Source: an uncultured bacterium
GTDB taxonomy: Bacteria > Patescibacteriota > Minisyncoccia > UBA6257 > 2-01-FULL-56-20
Length of the DNA stretch: 64,000 nucleotides
Assembly (NCBI GenBank): GCA_963844965.1
Contig: CAWJQC010000007.1
Span: forward strand, 160,001 to 224,000
Direction: 5' to 3'
Made by a program: the position numbers and the translations under genes. Shown piece by piece: positions 46,963-56,649 of this stretch. Below the pieces are notes generated by a model that ran no database searches, was not told the origin of the DNA, and worked only from the letters and a program-made list of their open reading frames with translations. Within the stretch, counting starts at the first letter, position 1. Every line of letters begins with the position of its first letter.

Positions 46963-48192
46963 GTGAATAGTTATAAGTATTTAATAATCGGCGGGGGAAT
47001 TGCGGGCACGACGGCGGCTGAAACAATACGTGCGAAGGACGCGGACGGTTCCATCGCCATCATAACGGACGAGCCGTATCCTTTGTACTCGCGCGTGATG
47101 CTTTCCAAGCCATCTTTTCTTTTGGACAGGACGGGCAAGACGAATATTTGGCTGAAAACTACGGATTGGTACGAAAAGAACCGCATTGAATTAATGAGCG
47201 GGAAGTCGGCGACCGCCCTGGATGCCAAGGCAAAAATTCTTACCGTCGGCGGCGAAGCCATCGGCTACGAAAAATTGCTTCTGGCCATCGGCTCTCGCGC
47301 AAGGAAGTGGGCCGTTCCGGGCGCGGACAAGAAGGGAGTTTGTTACCTACGCACGCTTGACGAAGCGAAAGAGATCGCGGCGCAAATGAGAACGGCAAAG
47401 CACGCCGTCGTCATCGGTTCAAGTTGTGTCGCTTTTGAGGCGATAGACAATCTGCGAGCGGCTGGCAGTGAGGTTACTGAAGTTATGCTTGAAAAATATT
47501 TCTGGGAGCCGATGCTTGACGAGGAAGGCGGGCGCATCGTGGAAAAAGCGTTTACCAATGCCGGCGTGAAAATTGTCCGCCAATCGGAAGTGGGAGAGGT
47601 TCTCGGCGGCGCAGAAGTTGAAGGCATTCTCACGAAAAGCGGCGAGAGAATTGACTGCGACATGATTTTGTGCGGCATCGGCGTCATCTATCCGCTGGAT
47701 TTTGTGAAAACGGCGGGCGTGAGGACGAATCGCGGCATTGTTGTAAACGAATTCATGGAAACAAGCGCGTCGGATGTCTGGGCAGCCGGAGACGTGGCAG
47801 AATGCAATGATATCGTGCTCAAAGAGCAATGTATTGCCGGCAATTGGATGAGCGCGCGCGAGCAAGGAAGAGTTGCCGCTTTAAATATGACTGGCGCCAA
47901 GCAACCGTTTAAATTGGTTTCGTTCTACACGAGCCACGGTTTCGGGCTCAATGTCGCTTTCGGCGGCGACATCCGTTTGTTGCCCGAGCGGACGGCTGTA
48001 AGCCGCGGCTCCGCCGAGAGCGGTTCGCATACCCGTCTTATTCTCCGAGGCGGAAAAATCGTCGGTGTCTCAATGGTAAACAGAATTTTTGAATTGGGAA
48101 CCATCGTGAAACTTATTGAGAGCCAAGCCGATGTCTCGGCGAAACAAAAAGAACTTGCCGACCCGGAGTTTGATTTGAAACAGCTCGTTTAG
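46963..48192 (+). CDS. FAD-dependent pyridine nucleotide-disulfide oxidoreductase (putative ferredoxin/rubredoxin--NAD(P)+ reductase)
   Basis: GGGIAG FAD-binding motif and a second NAD-binding GxGxxG; gene lies next to the ferredoxin. Confidence 0.75.
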   Translation: MNSYKYLIIGGGIAGTTAAETIRAKDADGSIAIITDEPYPLYSRVMLSKPSFLLDRTGKTNIWLKTTDWYEKNRIELMSGKSATALDAKAKILTVGGEAIGYEKLLLAIGSRARKWAVPGADKKGVCYLRTLDEAKEIAAQMRTAKHAVVIGSSCVAFEAIDNLRAAGSEVTEVMLEKYFWEPMLDEEGGRIVEKAFTNAGVKIVRQSEVGEVLGGAEVEGILTKSGERIDCDMILCGIGVIYPLDFVKTAGVRTNRGIVVNEFMETSASDVWAAGDVAECNDIVLKEQCIAGNWMSAREQGRVAALNMTGAKQPFKLVSFYTSHGFGLNVAFGGDIRLLPERTAVSRGSAESGSHTRLILRGGKIVGVSMVNRIFELGTIVKLIESQADVSAKQKELADPEFDLKQLV

Positions 48193-48214
48193 AGTCCTTA
48201 AACCTGCAGCCACC

Positions 48215-48799
48215 TTGAGATGGGTTCGGAGTTCGAGGAGTATTGTTATGACCAAAAAACTCAAAAAATTGAAACGTTTCGCCACGGCTTCGTTCGCCGT
48301 GTGGCCGTTTGATCCCGAGAGAGATTCGGAAAAAATCCATAATCGAATCGTAATAATCGGGCTTAATCCTTCTGCAAAGATTAAGTTCGGACAAAATTTT
48401 CACGGGGGGCGGCGTGATGGCTGGTATAAAGAAGGTTTTTCTCGGCCGCTATTCAGAGGATCTTATATGACCGATCTCATATCTCATTTTGAACCTAAAG
48501 CCAAAGTTGTAGAAAAGAAATGGAAGAAGGATGGGGAATTTAAGAGAAAAAATATAAAAAACTTAGAAAAACAGTTTAAGATTCTCGGGATTAAAAAATC
48601 TACACCTATCTTGTGTATTGGGCAAAATACAGGAAGACTTTTTTCTTCTACATTTCCAGAATATAAAGTATTCCCCATTAATCATCCTAACAGCTCCAGC
48701 TATCGCATGCCGAAAAACAATCGGGAGGTATTTCTAGAGAATCTTAGGAAAACTGGAAAGAAAATGCGGCCATATGTCCGAAGAGGATCAGCTTGGTAA
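48215..48799 (+). CDS. uracil-DNA glycosylase superfamily protein (Mug/TDG family-2-like)
   Basis: IIGLNPS...GW and C-terminal PINHPNSSS resemble the Mug GINPG / PNPSGLS motifs. Confidence 0.5.
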   Translation: MRWVRSSRSIVMTKKLKKLKRFATASFAVWPFDPERDSEKIHNRIVIIGLNPSAKIKFGQNFHGGRRDGWYKEGFSRPLFRGSYMTDLISHFEPKAKVVEKKWKKDGEFKRKNIKNLEKQFKILGIKKSTPILCIGQNTGRLFSSTFPEYKVFPINHPNSSSYRMPKNNREVFLENLRKTGKKMRPYVRRGSAW

Positions 48800-48893
48800 A
48801 ATCAGGACATACCCCGAGAGTCTTGCGGCGTAATGATTTTCAAAAAACCGCTACCAGCAGGCCAGCTAGCCTATATAATTATCCTTGCGCCCA

Positions 48894-49670
48894 CTACGGA
48901 CGCTTTTTTATTGTCTGGTTGTCCGTATTTTCCGTCGCGTTTCTGCATAGTTCTTCGGCAATGTCGCTCGCCAAAAAATAATATCCTTTTTTCTTTTTCG
49001 TGAGCAGGTCGGCGATTTTGTTGCCGAGAGCCGCCGCTTTTTTCGCCGCGTCCAAGAGGGAAAATCCTCGTGCGAGGAAGCCGGCGCAGAGTCCGGCGAG
49101 AATGTCGCCCGTGCCTGCCTTTTCCAAGCCACGGTTCACGCGGCTCATGTGGAAGGTTTTTGCCGCGGAAATGATGGCTGTAGGAAAGCCCTTTCTGACA
49201 ATAACGATGTTTTTCTTGAGAAGTTTGCGGATATTATTTTCCTCGTTGAGAATTTTCCATTCTCTTTCATTCGGCGTGAGAATGGCATTTGCCGTGGCGT
49301 TGCGGCGGAGAACTTTGAGCGCGTCGGCGTCTACCACTTTCTTGCCGGGCCGGAGCATGAGCGAACGCAGTAGCGCCGCCGTTTCCACCCGCGTGGTCGC
49401 ACCGTTGCCCAAAACAAGAATGTCGGCGGTTTTAAGCTGGCGGCATATCGCCGCAGTGTGACGCAGAGCAAGGTATTTTCCCTTCAGTTTTTTGGTGATG
49501 AGGTCAGGCGAGAGGGCGTTGATTGCCCAGGCAACTTTTTCCGGCGCCATAATGATGACCGATTCCGCTCCCGAGCGGAGAGCGGCAATTCCCACGAGAA
49601 ACGGCGCGCCTATGAATTCATCCGAACCGCCGACCACGAGAACGCGTTTTCCCATAAACAAATTATACAT
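48894..49670 (-). CDS. nnr: ADP-dependent NAD(P)H-hydrate dehydratase (YjeF C-terminal domain)
   Basis: carbohydrate-kinase-like fold with GTGDILAG motif. Confidence 0.8.
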   Translation of the reverse strand: MYNLFMGKRVLVVGGSDEFIGAPFLVGIAALRSGAESVIIMAPEKVAWAINALSPDLITKKLKGKYLALRHTAAICRQLKTADILVLGNGATTRVETAALLRSLMLRPGKKVVDADALKVLRRNATANAILTPNEREWKILNEENNIRKLLKKNIVIVRKGFPTAIISAAKTFHMSRVNRGLEKAGTGDILAGLCAGFLARGFSLLDAAKKAAALGNKIADLLTKKKKGYYFLASDIAEELCRNATENTDNQTIKKRP

Positions 49671-49723
49671 CTTCGCCGTTGTTTTTGTTTTTCTCTTCTT
49701 ACATAATTCGTTAGTATTAAGAA

Positions 49724-50215
49724 ATGGATTATCATCCGGTTACAAAGCAAATCACGGAACTTTTGCGGAGCAATAATTGCTGGTTTGAAACTTTTGAACA
49801 CGCGCCCGTCCGGACAAGCGAAGAAGCCGCGAGATTGAGGCCGGAGTTTTCTCTTCACCAGGGCGCGAAAGCGCTTATAGTGAAAACGGGAAGTTCGGGG
49901 AAAGAAACGAGGTTCGTGATGCTCGTTTTCCCAGCCGATCTCAGGTTCAACGCGAAAAAAGTGAAAGCAATGCTCGGCGTGAAAGAAATAAATTTCGCGA
50001 CCGAGGAGGAGGTCGGCGCCGCGACCGGCGGGATATTTGTCGGCGGCGTCCCGCCGTTCGGTAATCTGTTCAATCTGCCGGTTTTCGCCGACGAATCGCT
50101 TTTCGGGAATGAAAGAATGATTTTCAACGCCGGCGACAGGAGTTTCTCCGTGGCGATGCTACCCGCCGATTACAGAAAACTTGTCAATCCAACGGTTGGC
50201 AAGTTCGCGGAATAG
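49724..50215 (+). CDS. ybaK: YbaK/ProX-type aminoacyl-tRNA deacylase domain protein
   Basis: similarity to the YbaK/ProX editing domain (GGVPPFG). Confidence 0.65.
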   Translation: MDYHPVTKQITELLRSNNCWFETFEHAPVRTSEEAARLRPEFSLHQGAKALIVKTGSSGKETRFVMLVFPADLRFNAKKVKAMLGVKEINFATEEEVGAATGGIFVGGVPPFGNLFNLPVFADESLFGNERMIFNAGDRSFSVAMLPADYRKLVNPTVGKFAE

Positions 50216-50247
50216 ACGCTACGATTCGGCTTCAAACCGCCGCGTTC

Positions 50248-52188
50248 CTACGCGGTTTTCGGAGCAGCTGACTTTTCCGTAAGGACTTTTCTTATCTGCT
50301 CAACGCTTTCGGGGTTGGAGAGGGTGCTAAGGTCTCCGAGGTCCTCGCCACTTATGAGTTTCCTGAATATGCGCCGCATTATCTTTCCCGACCGCGTCTT
50401 CGGCAGGTCCTTCACGAGATAAACTTCTTTCGGCAGGAAAACGGGACCGACGCCTTTCTTCACGAGGTCGATCACTTCTTTCTTGGCTTCGTCCGGCGCG
50501 ATTTCCTTATTGTAGACGACGAACGCCACGGGCACTTCGCCTTTTATTTCGTCGGGCACGCCGATGACGGCGCATTCAATTATTTCTTCGGGAGCGTTGA
50601 TGATATTTTCCAGTTCGCCGGTTGAAACTCTGTGGCCGGCGACTTTGATGGCGTCGTCCACCCGCCCGACAACGCGTATCAGTCCGTTCTCGTCCTTGTA
50701 AGCGCCGTCGCTTGTGAGATAGATCTTGTCCCCGTACTGGCTCCAGTAGGTTTCCAAATATTTTTTCGGGTTCTTGTAAACGTCGCGCAGAAGTCCGGGA
50801 GCGAAGGGCGGAAGGATGACGAGGTTGCCGGTTTGTCCCGGCGGCAGCGATTCTCCTTTTTCGCCGAGGATGTCAAATTTCACGCCGGGGAAAGGCAAGC
50901 CGGTGAAGGTCGGTTTCATGGGACCGATCCCTGGCAGGGAAGTTATGAGGATGCCGCCGGTTTCCGTCTGCCACCAGGTGTCCAAAAGAGGACAGCGTTC
51001 GCCGCCGACTTCTTTGAAATACCAGAGCCAGGATGCCTCGTCTATAGGTTCGCCGACGGAACCCAGCACTTGAAGCGTCACAAGTTTGTGCTTGCGCACG
51101 ACTTCGGCGCCGTATTTTTCGAACATTCTAATGGCGGTCGGCGCCGTGTAGAAAGTGGTTACGCCGTATTTTTCTATGGTGTCGCACCATCTGTCGGGCG
51201 CCGGCCAGTCGGGACTTCCTTCGTAAATTATGAAAGTGACGCCGGCGAGGAGTGGGCCATAGCAGCTGTAGGTGTGGCCGGTGATCCAGCCGACGTCCGC
51301 CGTTGACCAGAAAATATCGTCTTCCTTGAGGTCAAAGATCCATTTGGCCGTGAAGTTCGCCTGGACGGCGTAGCCGCCGCAAACGTGGCAGCATCCCTTG
51401 GGCTTCCCCGTGCTCCCGGAGGTATAGAGGATGAACATCAGGTCTTCGCTATCCATCGCTTCGGCTTCGCAGGAATCACTTTCTCCTTTTACCGCGTCGC
51501 TCCACCAAAGGTCGCGGCCTTCGGCCCACTTCACTTCGTTCCCGGCACGCTTCACGACGACGACTTTTTTCACCTTGGTATCTTTCGCGCCTTCGTCGGC
51601 GGCGTCTTTGAGATTGACAACTTGTCCGCGCCGGTAGTAGCCGTCCGCAGTCACGAGAACTTCCGCTTCGCTGTCTTCAAGCCGCGCCTTGAGGGCATTC
51701 GGGCTGAAGGCGGAGAATACTACCGAGTGCACGGCGCCTATCCTTGCGCAGGCAAGCATGGAAATGAGCACCTCCGGGATCATCGGCAGATAAATGCCGA
51801 CGCAGTCGCCCTTTTTCACGCCGAGTTTTTTCAAGGCATTCGCGAATCTGCCGACTTCCCGTGAAAGTTCGTAATAAGTGAACACCCTTTCTCTTTCGCC
51901 CGTCGGTTCCGGTTCCCAGATGAAAGCGATCCTGTTCCCGTTTTTCTCCAGATGCCGGTCAATGGCGTTCAAGGTTATGTTTATTTTTCCGCCCTCAAAC
52001 CATTTGAAATAAGGTGGATTGTGAACGAAGGCCTTGTCCCACGTCTTGAGCCAGGAAAGCTCCTTCGCCAGCCCTTCCCAGAATTTAACCGGGTCCTTGA
52101 GCGCCTTTTTGTAAATGTTTTTGTCGTTTAACAAAGCTTTTTTTTGAAACTCCTCGTCCGGAAAATACAGACCTTCTTTTTTTATCAT
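50248..52188 (-). CDS. acs: acetyl-CoA synthetase (AMP-forming)
   Basis: YTSGSTGKPKG AMP-binding motif, ~646 aa, ACS-specific blocks. Confidence 0.9.
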   Translation of the reverse strand: MIKKEGLYFPDEEFQKKALLNDKNIYKKALKDPVKFWEGLAKELSWLKTWDKAFVHNPPYFKWFEGGKINITLNAIDRHLEKNGNRIAFIWEPEPTGERERVFTYYELSREVGRFANALKKLGVKKGDCVGIYLPMIPEVLISMLACARIGAVHSVVFSAFSPNALKARLEDSEAEVLVTADGYYRRGQVVNLKDAADEGAKDTKVKKVVVVKRAGNEVKWAEGRDLWWSDAVKGESDSCEAEAMDSEDLMFILYTSGSTGKPKGCCHVCGGYAVQANFTAKWIFDLKEDDIFWSTADVGWITGHTYSCYGPLLAGVTFIIYEGSPDWPAPDRWCDTIEKYGVTTFYTAPTAIRMFEKYGAEVVRKHKLVTLQVLGSVGEPIDEASWLWYFKEVGGERCPLLDTWWQTETGGILITSLPGIGPMKPTFTGLPFPGVKFDILGEKGESLPPGQTGNLVILPPFAPGLLRDVYKNPKKYLETYWSQYGDKIYLTSDGAYKDENGLIRVVGRVDDAIKVAGHRVSTGELENIINAPEEIIECAVIGVPDEIKGEVPVAFVVYNKEIAPDEAKKEVIDLVKKGVGPVFLPKEVYLVKDLPKTRSGKIMRRIFRKLISGEDLGDLSTLSNPESVEQIRKVLTEKSAAPKTA

Positions 52189-52197
52189 TTTTATAAT

Positions 52198-52971
52198 TTA
52201 TAATTGTTCTTCAAATACCGGCCTTTCCGCACTGTAAAAAATTCCGAAAGGAATTTTGTCGCCGTACTCGCGCGCTTTTTCCGTGGCCATTGTGATGTCA
52301 TTTGTCGGGAATTTTTCGTCCAGCCAATAAATGCGCTTGCCGAAGTAATCACGCGTGTCGTTGAATGTGAGACAGGGCTGGACGATGTCTACGAAGGAAA
52401 ATCCTTTGTGAGCGATCGCCGCCTTCATTATTTCCTTTGTTCTTGCGATATCCGGAGCATAGGAGCGGGCAACGAACGTGGCGCCTACTGAGAGCATGAG
52501 GAGCAGGGGATTGAACGGTTCTTCAATCGTGCCCAAGGGAGTTGACCTGCCCCTGAATCCTTTTGGACTTGTCGGCGTCGCCTGGCCGGTCGTGAGAGCG
52601 AAGACCTGATTATCGTGGATGAAAAGATTCACATCGGAGTTCCGCCGCGCGGCGTGGACAAGATGATCCAGGCCTTCATCGTAGGAGTCGCCGTCGCCGC
52701 TGAAGCCGACTACCGTGAGCGCGGGATTCGCGGCCTTGATGCCGGTCATGGTCGGGACAAGGCGCCCATGGAGGGAAGTGAACGTGTTCATATTCAGATA
52801 ATCGGTAATTTTTCCGTGGCAGCCGATGCCGGAACAGGCGACGAAGTTCTCCGGCTTAGAATTTGCATTCACAAGTTCGGTCACCGCTTCGCGGAAGGCG
52901 ACGAGTATAGCGTTGTCCGGGCATCCCGGGCACCAGGTTATTTTCTCTTTTGTTGAAAGATTGAGGTCCAT
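52198..52971 (-). CDS. korB: 2-oxoacid:ferredoxin oxidoreductase beta subunit (TPP-binding)
   Basis: WCPGCPDNAI and GIGCHGK TPP/Fe-S motifs. Confidence 0.8.
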   Translation of the reverse strand: MDLNLSTKEKITWCPGCPDNAILVAFREAVTELVNANSKPENFVACSGIGCHGKITDYLNMNTFTSLHGRLVPTMTGIKAANPALTVVGFSGDGDSYDEGLDHLVHAARRNSDVNLFIHDNQVFALTTGQATPTSPKGFRGRSTPLGTIEEPFNPLLLMLSVGATFVARSYAPDIARTKEIMKAAIAHKGFSFVDIVQPCLTFNDTRDYFGKRIYWLDEKFPTNDITMATEKAREYGDKIPFGIFYSAERPVFEEQL

Positions 52972-52972
52972 G

Positions 52973-53407
52973 TTATTTTTGCGACATATATTTATCTAAA
53001 ATTTGTTTGCTCGGGAAGAAAATAGGCGAAGGAAGATTCTTTAGGTCAAACCACCTCCATTCCGTGATTTCGTCGGGTTCCGTCACTTTCGGTTCGCCCT
53101 CGGCGTTTTTATACAGGAACCCTATCGTCACGAAATGCGCGTCTTCAACGATATTGTTGGTCACGCTTATCGTTTCCAGTTTTTCTTTGGCGATTTTCAT
53201 TCCGGTTTCTTCCAGGGCTTCCCTGCAAACGCCGTCTTCCAGCGTTTCCTTGAAATTAAGTTTTCCGCCGGGCATCGTCCATGTTCCCTCGCCGTGCAAT
53301 TTACTGTCGGCTTTCGCCGGGTCAGCGTGTCTTTTGCCTAGAAGCACTTTGTTATTTTTTAGGATCATCACGCCGAAGCCGACGCCGGGCCTTTTTGCCT
53401 CTTCCAT
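52973..53407 (-). CDS. Nudix hydrolase
   Basis: Nudix box GGKLNFKETLEDGVCREALEETG. Confidence 0.75.
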   Translation of the reverse strand: MEEAKRPGVGFGVMILKNNKVLLGKRHADPAKADSKLHGEGTWTMPGGKLNFKETLEDGVCREALEETGMKIAKEKLETISVTNNIVEDAHFVTIGFLYKNAEGEPKVTEPDEITEWRWFDLKNLPSPIFFPSKQILDKYMSQK

Positions 53408-53471
53408 GTTATTTAAAAATTTTATTTATATTTTCCTATTCGCGCGAATTAGAAAATAGGACCAATTTTGT

Positions 53472-53987
53472 TTATTTTAGAACTTTGTAATGGAGTTGTA
53501 TCTCGTCGGCGGACAATTTTTTGGTTTCAAGCAATTTCAATTTCATCTCAAAATTTTTTCCGCCGAAAAGATCAATTCCCTTGCCGAAAACGGCGGGTTC
53601 AATGTCCAGATAAATTTCGTCAATCAGGTTTTCCGCCGCGAACGAGGTATTCAGTGCTCCGCCGCCACCCAAAAGCGCTTCGCTCGTGCCGTCTTCCGCC
53701 AAAAGCGACAGTGCTTCGTGCGGCGACGTAGCCGCAAAGTGATTCGGCTGGCGAACTTCGTACGAGTTATCGTTAGTGACCACGATTATTTTAATGTTGC
53801 TGAAATTTTGAAATTCCCCGCTTTCTTCCATTAACTCATAAGTTCTTCGTCCAACGATGAGGTTACCAACTCTATTGACCATCGCTCGATAGTCATCCCA
53901 CCCTAAGGGCGAAATGAAGTTAACGTCGTCGTTCTCTCTGGCAATGAGGCCGTTCGGCGTTGTTGACATGTATAAAGTAACTTTCAT
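53472..53987 (-). CDS. dihydrofolate reductase family protein (RibD C-terminal domain type)
   Basis: similarity to the PF01872 DHFR-like fold (MKVTLYMSTTPNGLIA...). Confidence 0.65.
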   Translation of the reverse strand: MKVTLYMSTTPNGLIARENDDVNFISPLGWDDYRAMVNRVGNLIVGRRTYELMEESGEFQNFSNIKIIVVTNDNSYEVRQPNHFAATSPHEALSLLAEDGTSEALLGGGGALNTSFAAENLIDEIYLDIEPAVFGKGIDLFGGKNFEMKLKLLETKKLSADEIQLHYKVLK

Positions 53988-54010
53988 GATTTCATTTTAA
54001 TTTGCATGGT

Positions 54011-54046
54011 GATTCTTCGTCCGCCTGAGGTGGACTCAGAATGACT
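54011..54046 (-). repeat. second copy of the bipartite GTCATTCTGAG...CGAAGAATC motif (on the minus strand) with an inner hairpin GTCCACC-TCA-GGCGGAC; lies between the korA stop and the DHFR-like gene start
   Basis: shares GATTCTTCG and CTCAGAATGACT with 10083-10107. Confidence 0.55.
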
Positions 54047-54057
54047 TTATTTATTGG

Positions 54058-55779
54058 CTAAAGTATCGCATTAAGTTCTTTCGCGAGTTCAAGGGTGTCA
54101 AACGGCATTGAATCATAGCGCAGGATTTTGTCGCTTACGGCGATGCCGGTTTTTTCGCGGATTAACATGGCAAGCTGCCCCAAGCGGTTCGCTTCCACGT
54201 CTATGGTTTTTTCGGCGCCTTTGAACTCTTCCGCTACTTTTTCCGTATCAAACGGCACAAGCCAGAGAATTTGCACGAGCTTCGCCGGTTTGTTCAGATG
54301 TTTCGCGGCTTCAAGCACCGCGCCCTTAGTTGAGCCCCAGAAAACAATCACGTTTTTGCTTTTTGCGTCGCCGTAAACTTTTACCGCGGCGGCATGTTTC
54401 ATTTCGTGCTTGATCCCGGCGGCCTTGGCGAATCGCTTATCGGCCATCGCTTTTACAAGTTCGGGCTCGTCGGTTGTTATTCCGTTCTCGCCGTGCTCGT
54501 AGCTGTCGGCTTTGACGATGGCGCCGGGCGTGCCCGGGAAAGCCATCGGCGAAACGCCGCTTTCTGTTATGGCATAGCGGTGGTAGCCGTCTTCCGTGGT
54601 GCGTAGGATTTCGCCGTTTTCAACTTTGATTTTGCCTGCGTCCAGTTTCGCCGTTGATAAGCTTTCGGAAATCTGCTTGTCCAAAAGCACGATTGCCGGA
54701 AGCTGATATTTCCAGGCAAGATTCAGTGCCGCTGCACCGCATTCAAACGCTTCTTCCGCATCACCGGGTGCAATAACTATGCGCGGGAATTCTCCGTGGC
54801 CTGCGTGCATAGCGAATTGCAGATCTCCTTGTGCGGTGTGCGTGGGAACACCCGTAGCCGGCGCCTGCCGCTGCGAGAGCGCGACGACAATAGGCGTCTC
54901 CGACATTCCCGCCAGACTGAATGCTTCCTGCATCAGGGCGAAACCGCCGCCAGCGGTGCCGATAGCAGCGCGTTTGCCGGCATAAGCCATGCCTAAGGCC
55001 ATATTGATAACTGCGAGTTCATTTTCCGGCTGGATGACTTTTATATTGAAATTTTTCTGGTTCCTCGCGAGGTGGGTAAGGATGGAAGACGACGGCGTCA
55101 TCGGGTAGGCGAGATAGAAATTAAGTCCGGCGGCCACGAGCCCGTTAGCAAAAGCAGCGTTGCCCTCAATAAGTTCCTTTTTGTCGTAAACTTTTTCCCT
55201 ATACAGCTGCTTCGGATGCCTGAAGCCGAGTTTTTGCATGAACTCGTATCCCATCTTGGCGAGCGTGATGTTGGCCTCATACCCTTTTTCCTTGAATACG
55301 AGTCGCAGTCGCTCAATCATAATTTCAAGCGGCAGGTCTAGGAGATAGCAAGTCGCGCCCAAGGCAACGGAGTTGCGCATGATCGGCAGTGCGTTTATCT
55401 CTTTGGCGAAGGCTGACATCGGCAGTTCCACGGCGTGCGCGCCGAGTTTGGCTTTGTCCTCGTCCTCAAAACTATCGGCAAAAATCACGCCGCCTTCGGC
55501 GAGCTCCTTCATGTGAAATTTCACAGTTTCCTCGTTCAAGGCGACCACGGTGTCCAAATTGGAATAATCGCTCCAGATCTTTTCTTTGGAAAAACTTATG
55601 CGGCTTGAGTTGTGCCCTCCGCGGATGAGCGATGGGTAGTCAACCGACAAAAAAACATCGTAGCCAACCTTGCCGAGGAGTTGTCCCAGACTTATGCCGG
55701 CTTCGCGAACGCCGTCGCCGGCCGCTCCGCCGATAAGCACGGTGTGGATCTGTTTGTGCAGACGATGCGGTTTGAGCAT
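54058..55779 (-). CDS. korA: 2-oxoacid:ferredoxin oxidoreductase alpha subunit with a fused gamma-like N-terminal domain
   Basis: N-terminal LIGGAAGDGV...GG gamma-type domain and the large alpha/TPP domain. Confidence 0.8.
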   Translation of the reverse strand: MLKPHRLHKQIHTVLIGGAAGDGVREAGISLGQLLGKVGYDVFLSVDYPSLIRGGHNSSRISFSKEKIWSDYSNLDTVVALNEETVKFHMKELAEGGVIFADSFEDEDKAKLGAHAVELPMSAFAKEINALPIMRNSVALGATCYLLDLPLEIMIERLRLVFKEKGYEANITLAKMGYEFMQKLGFRHPKQLYREKVYDKKELIEGNAAFANGLVAAGLNFYLAYPMTPSSSILTHLARNQKNFNIKVIQPENELAVINMALGMAYAGKRAAIGTAGGGFALMQEAFSLAGMSETPIVVALSQRQAPATGVPTHTAQGDLQFAMHAGHGEFPRIVIAPGDAEEAFECGAAALNLAWKYQLPAIVLLDKQISESLSTAKLDAGKIKVENGEILRTTEDGYHRYAITESGVSPMAFPGTPGAIVKADSYEHGENGITTDEPELVKAMADKRFAKAAGIKHEMKHAAAVKVYGDAKSKNVIVFWGSTKGAVLEAAKHLNKPAKLVQILWLVPFDTEKVAEEFKGAEKTIDVEANRLGQLAMLIREKTGIAVSDKILRYDSMPFDTLELAKELNAIL

Positions 55780-55847
55780 TTTATAATTGTAGCACGAATT
55801 GGATTTAATTTTTGAAAAAGAAAATCCCTGCGAAAGCCGTGGGGTAT

Positions 55848-56609
55848 TTAGTTCGTGGCGTACTTCAAAATTAGCGATAATGCCTCATACCAGCTCGCCG
55901 CTGCTTTGACTGGATATTTGCGGCCCAATTCGGCCAGCATGATACCAGCGATGCAACCGTCGGTGACGACTATTCCTCCGGAATCTCCTGGGACAGCCTC
56001 CACGTCACAGAGCGTAGTTCGCAATTCTCTGCCGTGGTCGTTCGTTTCGTGCGTTTCTATCGTGAACCCGCCCCTCACAACGATTGAGCCGTTCCTTCTC
56101 GTCAATAAGACCACCGGTTTCTTGTGGGACTTGGAAAAAGTGTCCGTTTGCATGAAGCGGTAAAGTTTCGCGTCCGCCAGACCTTCAAGTTCGGCTTTGG
56201 CAAGAGCAATATCCGCCTTTTCATCCTTGATGCAGACGCGCGATATGCGGGCGACCCTTCCCGAGTGCATCCTTATCTTCTCGTTCGTGATGTCTTTTGC
56301 GACGCAATGTGCGGCAGTTATGAAATAACCGTTCTCGGTTATGAGAAATCCATTACCGCGGTGAGTTCCGTTTTCACAGAGCAGTTCCACTACGCCGTTT
56401 TCCACCAGTTGCTGGGCTTCGCCGACCGAGAGAGCTTCGCCGTAATAAAAGTTTTGCGTGAATTTCAACAGCGCGGCTCTGTCTTCGTCGCTCTTTTTCT
56501 CGGAACGAAGCTTTCTTGCGAGCAAGGCAAGCCAATTTTTCAAGATTGCCACCTCCTGTATCCGCCGTGTTCTGTTGCGAAGTATAATGTCGTTACAATC
56601 AACTTGCAA
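55848..56609 (-). CDS. trypsin-like serine protease (S1 family)
   Basis: catalytic triad context TAAHC, D, GDSGG. Confidence 0.75.
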   Translation of the reverse strand: MQVDCNDIILRNRTRRIQEVAILKNWLALLARKLRSEKKSDEDRAALLKFTQNFYYGEALSVGEAQQLVENGVVELLCENGTHRGNGFLITENGYFITAAHCVAKDITNEKIRMHSGRVARISRVCIKDEKADIALAKAELEGLADAKLYRFMQTDTFSKSHKKPVVLLTRRNGSIVVRGGFTIETHETNDHGRELRTTLCDVEAVPGDSGGIVVTDGCIAGIMLAELGRKYPVKAAASWYEALSLILKYATN

Positions 56610-56649
56610 GCGTATATGCGCCAGCGATTATTTGACCCGCTCCGCCGCA

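Noticed and set aside
50632-51306. 224-aa plus-strand ORF inside acs and other antisense ORFs inside ppsA (32040-32993), glyQS, acs and korA
   Set aside because: They are antisense to strongly conserved genes, a typical high-GC-frame artefact.
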